From NCBI GenBank assembly GCA_051656605.1, contig JBOGCF010000057.1, positions 307 through 64,306 of the forward strand: a stretch of 64,000 nt of DNA, given 5' to 3'. A model generated the notes under the pieces. That model saw only the letters and a list, made by a program, of their open reading frames with translations. It made no database searches and was not told where the DNA came from. Of the stretch, positions 11,301 to 19,856 are shown in pieces. Position 1 is the first letter of the stretch. Each line of letters starts with the position of its first letter. The stretch comes from Tannerellaceae bacterium (lineage in GTDB: Bacteria > Bacteroidota > Bacteroidia > Bacteroidales > CAMTPD01). The position numbers were made by a program, and so were the translations under genes.

Positions 11301-11834
11301 AGAGGAGGTGGTATAGCTTCTAAAGCCATTGATAAAAAGCTGATTAGTGCTAAAACATGGGTAAAAGAGGGGTTTACTCCATTAATTGGGATTGATGCAA
11401 TTTTTAGAAATGGCTTAACGGCTTCGCTGAGACACAACAAAATTTACAGCATTGTATTAAATCATGGGGGTAATCAGTTAATTAACGGAGTCAATCAAGA
11501 CATAAATTTGGCGTTTGCTTACAAAATAGTAGCAGATCGACAACAAAATGGCAAAAAATATGGTTCGTTTTCTGATGGCGGTGTCTTACTAAAAGTAGAA
11601 GGTGCTGCTAGAAGAATGACGAATGGTATTAACTATAAAGATGCCATACGTGAGGTCTATACTTCGGGTAATAAGAGCTATTTTATCAGGTTTAATGCAG
11701 ATTATGATAAAAGTAGATCAATATCCTATAGTTTCTATTTTAACATGGAGGTAGATCAGCCTTTAGCAGGGCAATTTTCATATCCTTCATATATAATGTC
11801 GACGGGGTTTTCAGTCCGTCTTCAATTATACTAA
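5349..11834 (+). CDS. sprA: Type IX secretion system translocon SprA/Sov
   Basis: 2161-aa single ORF with an N-terminal signal-like segment, rich in beta-strand-type sequence. Lies directly after ruvA, as I recall for the P. gingivalis sov locus. Confidence 0.8.
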   Translation: MYFSKNHTNPLLITLIYLLTTVLGGEGALCAQTWSDSIKTVDSLYTRALFDAYALKQYRAMRDSAFSAVVLPKHQKLKAHEKWLGPGKLKAKLRGRAEASLGIKYVHIQNPDLPYNARKRIIPEFDENIELSFDGSLGEKLKMKTHFTTDPFNEKNLNSLHLGYTGYEDEIIRYIEAGSVTLHTENCLINSTSSLFGIKAGIQLGPLTVDFLAASESNTIVLHEEGGGGNLRAWELEIDAYDEYRHFFLSHFFRNHFTQHTQLACLNKSPLFISRIEVWITNTQGVLEDSRHVAAIAQLGDVDQLHDKPVDNEGSLLYQQLINSGSKCRNVDNTSELQSVTQAYNADCEMVRRARRLLPEEYELQSSLGYVSLKRPLQSYEQLAVAYEYTYQGQTYQVGEWADLSETSQQEALFVRLLKPAHSFPSHYAWKLMMKNIYTIPNGCEGKQGFEFDVLVRKEESTDYTPFLELSGAKTLLQILQLDRVGPNNRNGPDGRFDYVENTTILPALGCIVFPLTEPFGDYLSGATSPPSSSYACQALYDSTLVKARALISPRQIVLRGKSKSKQRGVYKLKDHQFSPGSLLVKAQDKELIENVDYTIDPENNLLTIINEEYLLSNAGISISTKQSSFLYGNRQTRLGINLNYNVNRSLSLGASWMMVQAKPRFESYASADEFVNNTIYGLHSRYVKSWKTRMGSDSVQAKNTLVWNTDVAFLRSKAAQKGAFLFIDDFEANHVMADLSQPSKWSLSSIPIDGSQFPESLLSNAVETGLNRALINWYTIEPSFVKPGSKYLPEYLRYDKEALSNHYVRSINTSELFPNRDVDDTDQRYISSFNLSYYPNERGPYNLDATDITSEGFLLHPQKRWGGIMRSIDASDFETQHVQYLEFWMLDPFLYSNVHQGGTLTIDLGTLSEDVLKDNLLSDESSIDLKNDLRSEGTSIWGVIPQFQTGTQAFDGGDAVVTRQDVGLNGLSGDDEAHLEVYKTFLDRYYVQVDASSERERTLPRTVASSPSGERYVGFSDKRYTHSRASFHERMKGINGTEGNSGREAMKEFFWKYSPDSEDLDHDMTLSTEEHFYRYQVNLSPESLNGDHALIKEVRQAEVIAPDGTASHVSWYLFRIPLRNYSKRFGSIADFRSIRHMRLLLHGFEEEVHLRFASLRFMKSDWQQWVPEAKSDSLYWYEDPVQLAYLSVDENKELSEVNYITPNGVEPRSVMHNRKQVRENEHALEFEVESLHPNQHVAVWKQTDFDCRNYGSLELFSHLHETISTGSHVVDGDFSLFIRLGYDGRTNYYEYEIPMEVTPHGQYSNQLFSDKETVWPRNNRLDLILQQLTTAKNERDISGAAKNEIFSIETPQHHVIRVKGNPSLADVTTLVIGVRNNSDKILSGKVWINDIRLAHQQKQNGWAARSELELTLGDVGRFSIAGIFKSRGFGNVDQRYNERIENDRFRLGFTSRIEFGKVLPNVLKLTMPVYLQWSKESEYLHYNPFDSDIEMDELLKQESNQSARDSLRRLARSTISSHNIAIQQMGFRIRSKRPMPYDLDNFRLGFVYDGTTVASPSLHYDRGKRYSGYLRYTYSPEELFFPFFKKASTPKQEWLRVRFVPTQITMESSFYRNYGETKYRLNEGDHATGASFVMQEFLWNRAFTLEWDLLKNVKLRVRTATNAEIEEPEMQVNKRIDPDGFRFWRDSVWNSIKDFGKPVRYEQQVALHAHIPELKNRWLGWIKGSMHYKADYFWDRGYDDAIFGDGGNIIKNYRSAGVNGTFNLSKFVTTLDSSDANRSRWLKKFLPHIEVIHKTDRGIQIPRYRHGVRDIGGQNRVDGRLLPGIGFALGAVSSSFINKVINNADVHMTDETTNRAITSTNKYSLWKGVLRPVSGLRFELSWLSDNNNRDEFALNPNAQSNQISRKSSSRVASRRKSINASKKTNINSLIPPQENSLVLPNWKIYYDGLNRYDFIKKVLSHLAFTHAYSCIHSVEVVHTRGGGIASKAIDKKLISAKTWVKEGFTPLIGIDAIFRNGLTASLRHNKIYSIVLNHGGNQLINGVNQDINLAFAYKIVADRQQNGKKYGSFSDGGVLLKVEGAARRMTNGINYKDAIREVYTSGNKSYFIRFNADYDKSRSISYSFYFNMEVDQPLAGQFSYPSYIMSTGFSVRLQLY

Positions 11835-12067
11835 ATAATAAATAACTTATTGATTTTATTTTTGTTGATATATAAACGAAACACAAATTAACGATAAGTT
11901 TTTTTAAATATTAAGACTTTCTCTTTTTCTTTTTTTGTGTGAATATTAAACAAAAACGCTGTTTATTTGTTCCTCTAATTAAAAGGATAAGATTCATTTT
12001 AATAGATTGTTGTTTCTGATGTTCGGAAACAATTAGAATAGATTAAAACGATAAGTATCGAAATAGC

Positions 12068-13627
12068 ATGAGAAAATCAACGATCTGGTTGCTGGCTTTA
12101 GTAATGGCTTTCGCATTTGCAGGTTTGCTTTACTTACAAATTACCTACCTAAGTATCATTTTGAAAACTCGAAATGAGCAGTTTAGTGAGGCAGTGAAAA
12201 CTAGTTTGTACCAGGTATCCAGAAGTTTGGAACTAGAAGAGAGTGCAAGGTATCTTGAAGAAGACCTGAACGAGAATGAGAAGATGTTGCTGTATGATCA
12301 GCGTAAAAACAATTCGAATGTATTGAACAGTCCGATTGTAAAAGAGGAGAACCTCAAATTCAAGCTACTTGGCAACGATGGTGTTATATCAGAAGTTGAA
12401 CTTAAAACGTATTCGGGACAAGATAAAGAGCAGAATCTCTCTGTCGGTACCCAACAACAGAACCGAAATATTATTGAAAAAACCTCTCGCTCAATACAAG
12501 ACACGTATTTGCGCAGATACCTCAATGAGCATATGTTGCTTTCAGAAGTGATTCGTAATAAGCTTTATAAATCCAGTTTGCAACCTATTCAGGAGCGAAT
12601 TGATTTTAATCAGCTCAAGGTGTTGTTACGCGATCAGTTTAGAAACAACGGACTTAATATTCCTTTCCACTTTTCAGTGATCAATAAAGATGATCAGATC
12701 GTATATCAAGATGCTGATATGAAACCTGGAAAAAATACGGAAGTATTTACACAGATTTTATTTCAAAATGATCCGCCGTCAAAACTAAATTATTTGAGAG
12801 TATTTTTCCCAACACAGAAAAGTTACATCTTTAGTAATATTACGTTTCTGGCACCCTCTATTGCGTTTACATTGGTTTTGTTGATGACATTTATCTTTAC
12901 GATTTATATCGTTTTCCGTCAGAAAAAACTGTCTGAAATGAAAAATGACTTTATCAACAATATGACGCATGAGTTGAAAACTCCGGTTTCAACCATCTCT
13001 TTGGCTGCTCAAATGTTGAAAGATACAGACATCACAAAGTCTCCTGAAATCTTTAAACATATCTCGGGAGTGATACACGACGAGACTAAAAGGCTTAGTT
13101 TTTTGGTCGAGAAGGTGTTGCAGATGTCGCTATTTGAACGACAAAAAGCTTCGTTAAAGCTTAAAGAAATTGATGCGAATGACTTGCTTGCTAATATTGC
13201 AAATACCTTCGTATTGAAGGTAGAAAAGTATGGAGGCACTCTTGATATTGATCTTGAAGCTGACGAGTCTACAATTTATGTTGACGAAATGCACTTCACA
13301 AATGTATTATTTAATCTAATGGATAATGCTGTGAAGTATCGTAAACCGGAAGTTCCACTTAAGCTAATGGCTCGCACTTGGAACGAAAACGGGAAGTTGT
13401 TTATCTCTGTCGAAGATAACGGTATTGGTATTAAAAAAGAATATCTAAAGAAAGTATTCGACCGCTTCTTCAGAGCTCCTTCGGGAAATGTACATGACGT
13501 AAAAGGTTTTGGCCTTGGCCTTGCCTATGTACGTAAAATAGTAGAGGATCACAACGGTACCATCAAAGCCGAAAGTGAACTCAATATGGGAACTAAATTT
13601 ATTATTTCATTACCACTTATAAAATAG
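12068..13627 (+). CDS. Sensor histidine kinase (RprX-like)
   Basis: 519 aa. Two TM segments flank a periplasmic region of about 230 aa. H-box MTHELKTPV, N-box DNAVKY, DNGIGI and GFGLGL. Confidence 0.85.
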   Translation: MRKSTIWLLALVMAFAFAGLLYLQITYLSIILKTRNEQFSEAVKTSLYQVSRSLELEESARYLEEDLNENEKMLLYDQRKNNSNVLNSPIVKEENLKFKLLGNDGVISEVELKTYSGQDKEQNLSVGTQQQNRNIIEKTSRSIQDTYLRRYLNEHMLLSEVIRNKLYKSSLQPIQERIDFNQLKVLLRDQFRNNGLNIPFHFSVINKDDQIVYQDADMKPGKNTEVFTQILFQNDPPSKLNYLRVFFPTQKSYIFSNITFLAPSIAFTLVLLMTFIFTIYIVFRQKKLSEMKNDFINNMTHELKTPVSTISLAAQMLKDTDITKSPEIFKHISGVIHDETKRLSFLVEKVLQMSLFERQKASLKLKEIDANDLLANIANTFVLKVEKYGGTLDIDLEADESTIYVDEMHFTNVLFNLMDNAVKYRKPEVPLKLMARTWNENGKLFISVEDNGIGIKKEYLKKVFDRFFRAPSGNVHDVKGFGLGLAYVRKIVEDHNGTIKAESELNMGTKFIISLPLIK

Positions 13628-13633
13628 TTATTT

Positions 13634-14365
13634 ATGGAAGACAAGACTAAAATCTTCTTTTGTGAAGACGATGAAAACCTTGGAATGCTATTGAGAGAAT
13701 ACCTCCAAGCTAAAGGTTATGCTACAGATCTTTTCTCTGACGGAGAACAAGGCTATAAAGGATTTACTAAAGGTAAATATGATCTTTGCGTACTTGACGT
13801 GATGATGCCTAAAAAAGACGGATTTACGTTGGCTCAAGAAATTCGTTCAATCAATCCTGATATACCTATCATTTTCCTTACAGCAAAAACAATGAAGGAA
13901 GATATCCTTGAAGGATTTAAGATTGGTGCAGACGATTATCTTACAAAACCATTCAGCATGGAAGAATTATTACTTCGTATCGAAGCAATTCTTCGTCGTG
14001 TCAAAGGTAAAAAAATGAAAGATATTCCTTTCTACAAACTTGGAAACTTCTTGTTTGATACACAAAAGCAAACACTTTCAATTGGTGATAAGTCAACAAA
14101 ACTTACAACAAAAGAATGTGAACTTCTTAGCTTGCTTTGTGCTCATGCAAACGAAATCCTTGAAAGAAACTATGCATTGAAAACTATCTGGGTTGATGAT
14201 AACTACTTCAATGCTCGTAGTATGGACGTGTATATTACTAAACTTCGTAAATTGCTTAAAGATGATCCACAAATTGAAATCATCAACATTCACGGTAAGG
14301 GTTATAAATTGATTACTCCTTCTGGTGAAGAACAAGCAAGAGAGGAAGCTCCAACTGTAATTTAA
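13634..14365 (+). CDS. rprY: OmpR-family response regulator (RprY-like)
   Basis: 243 aa. Receiver domain (DLCVLDVMMPKKDG) plus a winged-helix output domain. N-terminus closely resembles my recollection of Bacteroides RprY. Confidence 0.75.
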   Translation: MEDKTKIFFCEDDENLGMLLREYLQAKGYATDLFSDGEQGYKGFTKGKYDLCVLDVMMPKKDGFTLAQEIRSINPDIPIIFLTAKTMKEDILEGFKIGADDYLTKPFSMEELLLRIEAILRRVKGKKMKDIPFYKLGNFLFDTQKQTLSIGDKSTKLTTKECELLSLLCAHANEILERNYALKTIWVDDNYFNARSMDVYITKLRKLLKDDPQIEIINIHGKGYKLITPSGEEQAREEAPTVI

Positions 14366-14409
14366 TAGAGTTTAGTTCCGTAACGGACAACTAATTTCTT
14401 AAACATAAA

Positions 14410-14443
14410 CGAGAGGCCTTATTTGCTAAGGTCTCTCGTTTTA
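14410..14443 (+). terminator. Terminator after the response regulator
   Basis: CGAGAGGCCTT / AAGGTCTCTCG stem followed by TTTT. Confidence 0.65.
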
Positions 14444-14448
14444 ATATA

Positions 14449-14488
14449 AAAGGGGGAATGATAATTATTACATTATCATTCCCCCTTT
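14449..14488. terminator. Bidirectional hairpin between convergent genes (serves yqeY)
   Basis: AAAGGGGGAATGATAAT / ATTATCATTCCCCCTTT, a 17-bp perfect stem. Confidence 0.7.
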
Positions 14489-14513
14489 AAGCTGCTGTAT
14501 TGGTGTGAAAGCG

Positions 14514-14960
14514 TTAGCTCAACAGTTTCTTAACTGTTGCTGAAATAGCGCGGCCTTCGGCTTTTCCGTTTAGTTGTTTGGTTGCTGCTCCCATAACTTT
14601 ACCCATATCTTTGGCTGTAGCGTTTAAGTCAGCAATAATTTGCTTAAGAATAGCTTCTAGCTCTTCTTGGCTTAATTGCTCTGGAAGATATGCTTCGATG
14701 ATTGAGGCTTCAGCTAATTCTTTTTCTGCAAGTTCAGGACGATTTTGCTCAGTATAGATAGTTGCACTATCCTTACGTTGCTTGATCATTTTTTGTAAGA
14801 TCTTTAAAGCTTGCTCATCAGATAACTCTCCATTGCTATCTTTTGATGTTTTAGCTTCAATAAACTCTTTCTTAATTCCACGCAAAGCTTCTAACCTAAC
14901 TTTGTCTTTAGCAAGCATAGCAGCTTTGATATCACTGCTGATTTGATCAAATAAATCCAT
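14514..14960 (-). CDS. GatB/YqeY domain-containing protein
   Basis: 148 aa. MDLFDQISSDIKAAMLAKDK N-terminus is typical of the YqeY family. Confidence 0.85.
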   Translation of the reverse strand: MDLFDQISSDIKAAMLAKDKVRLEALRGIKKEFIEAKTSKDSNGELSDEQALKILQKMIKQRKDSATIYTEQNRPELAEKELAEASIIEAYLPEQLSQEELEAILKQIIADLNATAKDMGKVMGAATKQLNGKAEGRAISATVKKLLS

Positions 14961-14974
14961 GATGGTTATTATTT

Positions 14975-16312
14975 TTATCTAAAGCTAATAATTGGTCCTC
15001 CAGGCTTTTTAGGCTCACTGGATGGTTTATTCGCTGTAATAATTGTTTCTTTAACAGGACCTCTTCTAAGATTAGAAACCAATTTTGGATCTCTATTGTA
15101 GGTCGGGTTATCTTCTAAGATGCCGATAATACTATCATCGTCAAGTTCTTCTGTAGATAAAACAACGGGCTTAGAGACGATCCTTGGCTTCACAACATTG
15201 GCATTGTGATAGAAGCGGCTGATACGTTCTATTTCTTCACGTTCTTTTTGGATAAGCTCTTGTTCTCTTTGTATTTCCTCTTCAGTCTGACGAGCTCGTT
15301 CTGCATTGCGTCGCTCTTCTATTTGTGGAATACATGAAAGACCAAATCCTGTAGCAAGAATTGTCATTTTAACTTTCTTACCTAATGAGTCATCTAGAGC
15401 AGTACCCCAGATAACTTCGATGTCACTGCTAAAACGAGACATGAATTCATGTACATCATTCATTTCTTCCATCATCAATTCCGACTCAGGACTAAATGAG
15501 ACATTGAATAGAATCTTCTTAGCGCTAAATACATCATTGTTATTAAGCAACGGAGAGTTCAAAGCATCGTCAATTGCCATGCGTACACGTCCTTCTCCGA
15601 TACCAAATCCGCTACTCATTACCGCAACACCTCCATCTTTTAAGATTGTATTTACATCCGCAAAGTCGAGGTTGATAATACCTGGTAATGTAATGATCTC
15701 GGCAATACTTTTAGCTGCAATCGTAAGCGTGTCATCAGCCTTTCCGAATGCATTTACCATGGTTAGATCTTTATATATCTCACGCAAGCGCTCATTGTTT
15801 ATTACAAGGAGAGCATCTACGTTTTTACTTATTTCTTCAACACCGTTTAATGCTTGAATAATCTTACGATGGCCTTCAAATACAAAAGGAATAGTAACGA
15901 TACCAACAGTTAGAATACCCATATCTTTTGCGGCTCTGGCTATGACAGGAGCTGCTCCGGTTCCGGTACCTCCTCCCATTCCGGCTGTGATGAATACCAT
16001 CTTGGTCCCGTCGTTTAGCATTCGTTTGATATCATCGATACTTTCCTCTGCAGCCATACGTGCACGTTCGGGACGATTTCCTGCTCCTAATCCCTGTGTA
16101 ACTTCTCGGCCTAACGATAATTTAACCGTAACGTCAGAACGGTTTAATGCCTGATTATCTGTATTACATAACACAAAGGTTACGTCGTGAATCCCTTCTT
16201 TAAACATATGATTCACAGCGTTACCTCCACCCCCGCCAACACCAATAACTTTAATTATTGATGGAGTTTCAGTAGGTAAATCAAAGCTTAACAATCTATT
16301 ATTATCCTCCAT
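14975..16312 (-). CDS. ftsZ: Cell division protein FtsZ
   Basis: 445 aa. GVGGGGGNAVNHM and GMGGGTGTGAAPVIA tubulin signature. Confidence 0.97.
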   Translation of the reverse strand: MEDNNRLLSFDLPTETPSIIKVIGVGGGGGNAVNHMFKEGIHDVTFVLCNTDNQALNRSDVTVKLSLGREVTQGLGAGNRPERARMAAEESIDDIKRMLNDGTKMVFITAGMGGGTGTGAAPVIARAAKDMGILTVGIVTIPFVFEGHRKIIQALNGVEEISKNVDALLVINNERLREIYKDLTMVNAFGKADDTLTIAAKSIAEIITLPGIINLDFADVNTILKDGGVAVMSSGFGIGEGRVRMAIDDALNSPLLNNNDVFSAKKILFNVSFSPESELMMEEMNDVHEFMSRFSSDIEVIWGTALDDSLGKKVKMTILATGFGLSCIPQIEERRNAERARQTEEEIQREQELIQKEREEIERISRFYHNANVVKPRIVSKPVVLSTEELDDDSIIGILEDNPTYNRDPKLVSNLRRGPVKETIITANKPSSEPKKPGGPIISFR

Positions 16313-16335
16313 ATTTATATTATTGACAAAGGTGG

Positions 16336-17745
16336 TTACTTAATACTCTCTTCCTGATCCTCAAACAATGTTTTCGCAAAATTATCAAAAAGACGGGCAA
16401 ATCCTTTCTTTTTTGGTGCAACATATTCAGATTCGCGCTCGAATTTAGATTCTTCCTTTACTGTTTCCTTTTTAGGTTCAGCTATAGGTTCCTCTTTAAG
16501 CTCCTCTTGTACATCAATTTTAGGAGGTGTTACAACTGTAATTGGTTTTACCTCTTTTTCAATTGGTGGTTCTGCAACCGGTTCTAATTTTACAATTTTT
16601 GCACAGCTTTCGTTACCCATCATAAGTAAACCGAGCGTTTGAGAGAATGAAGGATTTTGAGAAATACTTTCAGCATTTTCAACCAATCCTTTTCTGGTAG
16701 CAACCAGACGCACATCCATACTTGTACGGTTCTTAATCATTACATTAAGATTATTAAGATTGGCTCCGCCTCCTGAAATTACAATTCCTGCTCCAAGCTT
16801 ATTAACTAAACCGGTCGTTTCAATTTGTGCCCATACATTTTCGAAAATCTCTGCAGCGCGTGCTTCTACGATGGTATTAAGTTCGCTAAGATATATATCT
16901 TGAATGCTGAAGCCGTCTATACTTGACGCTTTTACAATTTCGCTACTATCTTTATCTGATATCGCGCTTCCAAATCTGATTTTTAAACGTTCAGCTTCTG
17001 ATTCAGAAATATTTAAGGATGTGATATCTTTTGTAATCAATTGAGCTCCCAAAGGAATTACGGAAATCGTTTGTAATAATCCTCCTTTGTAAACAGCAAG
17101 AGTTGTAACACCTGCTCCGAAATTAATCAAAGCACATCCAAGACGTTTTTCATCTTCTGTAAGAGTTGCTTCGGCTTGAGCTAAGGGTGTTACAATAAAT
17201 CCGGCGATTTCTATTTTCGCTTTTTCTGCCAGACTCATTATTATATTGCGTTTCAGATTTGGTCTACCTACGATTAGTTTATATCGAGCTTCGATTTTAT
17301 TACAGATCACACCAACCGGATTCATCTCCGGTTTGTCATCAAGATAATACATCGGAGATACTGCATCCAAAAGATCGTGCATCTCAGGCTTGAAGTTCAT
17401 GCAGTCATGATACAACGAGCGAATAACCTCTTCTGTTACGGTTTCATCCGGACCTAGAATTTTCGACACGGAGTGCTCCATGGTGCGAATAGACTGTCCA
17501 TTGATACCAACATATACTTTTGCAATCTTGCCGCCACGCAGCTTATTTTCAAGTTTCTGAATAAGTCTCTTGATTTTTGCTGCTGTTTCTTCGACGTTGT
17601 ATACACAACCTCGTCTAATACAAGAGGCAGGACCTTCATCTTCAATAGCCAGGATCGAAAGCTTCCCGTGTGATTTTTTCCCAACCATGCCTACCAGCTT
17701 GGATGTTCCCAAATCAATTACTGCAATAAAATCTGTATAGTCCAT
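16336..17745 (-). CDS. ftsA: Cell division protein FtsA
   Basis: 469 aa. Actin-like ATPase (VIDLGTSKLVGMV) in the dcw position. Confidence 0.93.
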   Translation of the reverse strand: MDYTDFIAVIDLGTSKLVGMVGKKSHGKLSILAIEDEGPASCIRRGCVYNVEETAAKIKRLIQKLENKLRGGKIAKVYVGINGQSIRTMEHSVSKILGPDETVTEEVIRSLYHDCMNFKPEMHDLLDAVSPMYYLDDKPEMNPVGVICNKIEARYKLIVGRPNLKRNIIMSLAEKAKIEIAGFIVTPLAQAEATLTEDEKRLGCALINFGAGVTTLAVYKGGLLQTISVIPLGAQLITKDITSLNISESEAERLKIRFGSAISDKDSSEIVKASSIDGFSIQDIYLSELNTIVEARAAEIFENVWAQIETTGLVNKLGAGIVISGGGANLNNLNVMIKNRTSMDVRLVATRKGLVENAESISQNPSFSQTLGLLMMGNESCAKIVKLEPVAEPPIEKEVKPITVVTPPKIDVQEELKEEPIAEPKKETVKEESKFERESEYVAPKKKGFARLFDNFAKTLFEDQEESIK

Positions 17746-17748
17746 ATT

Positions 17749-18477
17749 TTATTTTCTTTTGGTACAAACAATTTGATTCTTAAACTTTAAATTAATTGTG
17801 CTATATCGATTCCACCCTACATAAGGTACGGCTTGTCGATAAAAGAGCATTAGGTTGTTTAGTTTTTCATGATAATGATCCAAACTTCCTAGAATGATCC
17901 GATGACTACCTACTCGAGGTATCAGTTCCACATCCAGATTCTGATCTACATAAATCTGTTCGATTTGTGATCGCCAGAATCGGTCATCCTGTAAGAATTT
18001 AGCAAAATCGTATAACTGTTGTTTTGCAAACTCTTTTTCTACATAGCCAGTAACGACGGGCACATGTGCTGCAAAACGGGAGGAAGTAGGCATTACGTCA
18101 CCATCTTTGTCTAAATAAAAGTTTCCATGAGTACCCATAATACGCATAATTGGTATTTTTTGTATCACATCAACTCGTACTTTCCCCGATGGCGTTTTGT
18201 AAACCTCTACTTCTCTAAGCATCGGATTCTTTTGTAAAGACTGCTCAATTGCTTCCGTATTGACCGACGACATATCTTTTCCATTCGGATTGATATTGGT
18301 ACCTTTCAAAAAACCCTGTATTTCTTTATCGTTCACAAAGCGCTTGTCCAAACTATCCAGTATCGCAATATGAATCCCTTCACATTCTCCTTCAGTTCTG
18401 TTATCATTAAAAAACAGAATAACCATTAGAATGTAACAAGTCAATACTACAGATACTATAAGAGTTAACGTGCGCAT
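17749..18477 (-). CDS. ftsQ: Cell division protein FtsQ
   Basis: 242 aa. N-terminal TM segment plus a POTRA-like region, located between murC and ftsA. Confidence 0.8.
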   Translation of the reverse strand: MRTLTLIVSVVLTCYILMVILFFNDNRTEGECEGIHIAILDSLDKRFVNDKEIQGFLKGTNINPNGKDMSSVNTEAIEQSLQKNPMLREVEVYKTPSGKVRVDVIQKIPIMRIMGTHGNFYLDKDGDVMPTSSRFAAHVPVVTGYVEKEFAKQQLYDFAKFLQDDRFWRSQIEQIYVDQNLDVELIPRVGSHRIILGSLDHYHEKLNNLMLFYRQAVPYVGWNRYSTINLKFKNQIVCTKRK

Positions 18478-19856
18478 CGTTTCTTTTCAAGAATTTCTTT
18501 TACTGGAACCAATAATCTATCAATATCACCAGCTCCTATCATTAATAACACTTGATAACTACCCTTTTCAATCACAGATAATAAATCCTCCTTATTTACC
18601 ATTTGTTTATCAGATATAGATACCTGATCAAATATCAACTTGGAGGTTACTCCTGGAATTGGCTCCTCTCGGGCCGGATATATATCTAATAAGATCAATT
18701 GATCTAACAACGATAAACTGTGTGCAAACTCAGAGGCAAAGTCATTGGTGCGACTAAATAAATGAGGTTGAAAAATACCCGTTATTTTTTTATCGGGGTA
18801 CAATGCCTTTACTGACTGTATACTTGCTTCTAGTTCTGATGGATGATGTGCATAATCATCGATCAAAACAATATCGTCATGTTTGAGATAAAAGTCGAAT
18901 CGGCGTTTTGCACCGGTAAAAGAAGTCATCGCTTCGCGAAGCTCGTCTTCCTTTACTCCATTGAGCCAGGCGATTGCCATAGCAACAACAGCATTCTCTA
19001 TATTTATCTTAACAGGTACGCCTAAAATTATGTTTTTAATTTTTGAATTTGGTGTAACAAAATCAAAAATTATCTCTCCATTTCCAATCTTAACATTTTC
19101 TGCATGAAAATCACCTTCATTTTCGCCTGAATAGGTATAAAGTTTTACACCATCTTGCAATCTAGGTTGTAGATCAATTCCTTTACGCATCAATAAGACA
19201 CCATCAGGACGAATCAAAGATGTGAAAATAGCAAAGCTTTCTCTGTATGCTTCTTCTGTTCCATAGATATCTAGGTGATCTGGATCTACCGATGTGATTG
19301 CAGCCATATAGGGGGATAGTTGATGGAAAGAACGATCATACTCATCCGCTTCGATAACGGTCAAATCACTTGTTTCTGAGAGCATCAAATTACTACCGTA
19401 ATTCTTTAAGATACCTCCAAGGAAAGCGTTACAATCGACATGTGAAGACTTTAATATATGCGCAAGCATCGAAGACGTTGTGGTCTTACCATGTGTTCCA
19501 GCCATACAAAGCCCTTTGGATATATTTGTTATGAGACCTAGCAACTGGGCTCGCTTCAGAATCTCAAATCCATTTTCTCTGAAATAAGTAAATTCAGAAT
19601 GAGTTTGAGGTACTGCAGGTGTATATACCACAAGTGTAGTCTCTTTTTCTAGGCAACAATCAGGAATCATCTTTACATTATCTTCATAATGAATTTGTGC
19701 TCCTTCTTCGTTTAATTTTAAAGTAAGGTCAGTTGCAGTTTTATCATAACCGGCAACGAACTTACCTTTAGCAAGAAAGTATCGGATTAAGGCACTCATA
19801 CCGATACCGCCGGCCCCGATAAAATATAATGATTTAATTGTATTCAGATTTATCAT
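18465..19856 (-). CDS. murC: UDP-N-acetylmuramate--L-alanine ligase
   Basis: 463 aa. GAGGIGMSAL and GTHGKTTTSSM motifs. Confidence 0.95.
   Translation of the reverse strand: MINLNTIKSLYFIGAGGIGMSALIRYFLAKGKFVAGYDKTATDLTLKLNEEGAQIHYEDNVKMIPDCCLEKETTLVVYTPAVPQTHSEFTYFRENGFEILKRAQLLGLITNISKGLCMAGTHGKTTTSSMLAHILKSSHVDCNAFLGGILKNYGSNLMLSETSDLTVIEADEYDRSFHQLSPYMAAITSVDPDHLDIYGTEEAYRESFAIFTSLIRPDGVLLMRKGIDLQPRLQDGVKLYTYSGENEGDFHAENVKIGNGEIIFDFVTPNSKIKNIILGVPVKINIENAVVAMAIAWLNGVKEDELREAMTSFTGAKRRFDFYLKHDDIVLIDDYAHHPSELEASIQSVKALYPDKKITGIFQPHLFSRTNDFASEFAHSLSLLDQLILLDIYPAREEPIPGVTSKLIFDQVSISDKQMVNKEDLLSVIEKGSYQVLLMIGAGDIDRLLVPVKEILEKKRCAR

Noticed and set aside
15306-15857. 183-aa ORF antisense to ftsZ
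   Set aside because: It lies entirely inside ftsZ on the opposite strand and its product is Ser/Ile/Pro-rich and junk-like.
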